From Endomicrobiales bacterium (lineage in GTDB: Bacteria; Elusimicrobiota; Endomicrobiia; Endomicrobiales; JALOBY01), in contig CAWCNJ010000005.1 of the NCBI GenBank assembly GCA_963796955.1, positions 128,001 to 192,000 on the forward strand: a DNA stretch of 64,000 nucleotides, written 5' to 3'. This document shows positions 62,924 through 64,000 of this stretch, piece after piece (positions within the stretch are counted from its first letter, which is position 1; each line of letters starts with the position of its first letter). Both the position numbers and the translations under genes were made by a program. Under the pieces are notes generated by a model, which worked only from the letters and a program-made list of their open reading frames with translations, searched no databases and was not told the DNA's origin.

Positions 62924-63973
62924 ATGAAATACATTTGGCAGACGAAACAATGGCCGCATTTCACATGGGATAGTGCAGTGTTGTTGCCTTTGATCGGGCA
63001 GGCGCGGCGTGCGCAGAGCGGGTTGCTTGCTAACGTGAAGCGCCTTGGCATATATCAACTCAAGGAAACGCAGCAGATTGCGCTGTCAGAGGAGGTTATA
63101 GCCACATCCGTGTTCGAAAGGGAGCCGTTGAACAGGCAAAGCGTTCGCTCAACTATAGCCCGGCGTCTTGGATTGCCTTCAGCAGACTTTGAACCCAAGG
63201 AAAGCTTAGGTGACAACCTCGCGGATGTTTTGCTTGACGCAACGCAGAATCATGCGGCGCCTTTGACGATCAAGCGTATCCATGGCTGGCAGGCTACGTT
63301 GTTTCCAAATTCAGGAGGAGAATGCTCCCTGCGCGATAGTGAGTTACCGCCCTCTGATGATATTTCCCGTATGACGAATGAGTTTCTGAATTGGTGGGAT
63401 ACAAGCAAATCTACTGTTGATGGGCTACTTCGCGCGGCGATCGCGCATTTCTACTTTGCTACAATTTATCCTTTTGAGGATGGCAATGGTATAATTGCGC
63501 GTGCAATAACAGATATGGCTCTGGCGCAAGACGAAAAGTTTCGCCTGCGATATTACAGTCTTTCTTCTCAGATATTGAAAGAGCGTAACTCATATTACCA
63601 AACACTGGAACGTTCCGTGAAGACCGAGTCTACTGATATCACTGAGTGGTTGGTCTGGTTCCTAAGCTGTTATCAACGCGCTATTGCCCGTTCAGCAATG
63701 CTCCTTGATCCTATTCTTCGCAAGGCTAACTTCTGGCAACTGCACGCCCAAGCCGGGTTGAGCGAACGGCAATGGGAAGCAATCAATGGAGTCCTTGACT
63801 CCGGCACAAAGAATTCCCCAGAAGTGCTTACAACGCAAAAATATGTGAGTTTTACAAAAACCAGCCGGGCAACCGCTATCCGTGAAATCAAAGCCCTGCT
63901 AGAAAAGAACGTCGTGCGCCAGGTAGGCGAGATTGGCCGGTATGTCCATTATGACCTTGTCTGGCCGCAGTAG
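62924..63973 (+). CDS. Fic-family protein (DUF4172 + Fic) with degenerate active site
   Basis: YIWQ..QWP.F.W N-terminus; YPFEDGNGIIAR in place of HPFxDGNGRxxR. Confidence 0.85.
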   Translation: MKYIWQTKQWPHFTWDSAVLLPLIGQARRAQSGLLANVKRLGIYQLKETQQIALSEEVIATSVFEREPLNRQSVRSTIARRLGLPSADFEPKESLGDNLADVLLDATQNHAAPLTIKRIHGWQATLFPNSGGECSLRDSELPPSDDISRMTNEFLNWWDTSKSTVDGLLRAAIAHFYFATIYPFEDGNGIIARAITDMALAQDEKFRLRYYSLSSQILKERNSYYQTLERSVKTESTDITEWLVWFLSCYQRAIARSAMLLDPILRKANFWQLHAQAGLSERQWEAINGVLDSGTKNSPEVLTTQKYVSFTKTSRATAIREIKALLEKNVVRQVGEIGRYVHYDLVWPQ

Positions 63974-64000
63974 GGGTGGCTCAGGACGGTAGTATGCAGA

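Noticed and set aside
63965..64000. Possible tRNA 5' start (GGGGTGGCTCAGGACGGTAG)
   Set aside because: Cut off by the window end and the D-stem does not close convincingly

Overview
Bacterial chromosomal window spanning the replication origin, a respiratory/catabolic gene block and a decayed defence island at a tRNA-Ser gene. The protein style tentatively suggests Elusimicrobiota, but this is unverified. 1-22 kb is housekeeping: rpmH-rnpA-yidD-yidC-jag-mnmE-rsmA running co-directionally into dnaA-dnaN-DUF721-gyrB-gyrA with a bipartite oriC, then folD and a split metH. 23-44 kb encodes an apparently self-contained quinone respiratory module: alternative complex III (actABCDEF), two cytochrome-bd-subunit-I-like proteins fused to c-type haem domains, NDH-2, a MenA-like prenyltransferase and a polyprenyl synthase. 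It is followed by a pyruvate oxidase-like TPP enzyme, an SDR, an enolase-superfamily enzyme and an FAD/Fe-S dehydrogenase. 44.3-64 kb is visibly more AT-rich accessory DNA around tRNA-Ser(TGA). It holds duplicated promoters, short structured insertions that duplicate the tRNA 5' or 3' ends, a 4-kb cassette (RES-like protein plus a nucleotidyltransferase pair) that appears to have replaced the tRNA 5' half, a type I R-M system with an embedded Rad50/RloC-like ATPase, a Y1 (HUH) transposase with 24-bp terminal inverted repeats, a truncated tyrosine integrase and a degenerate Fic gene. Clustered frameshifts in essential genes (mnmE, dnaA, gyrB, gyrA) point to sequencing or assembly indels, so the other frameshifts should be treated cautiously. 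All family calls come from motif recognition by eye; no database searches were run.
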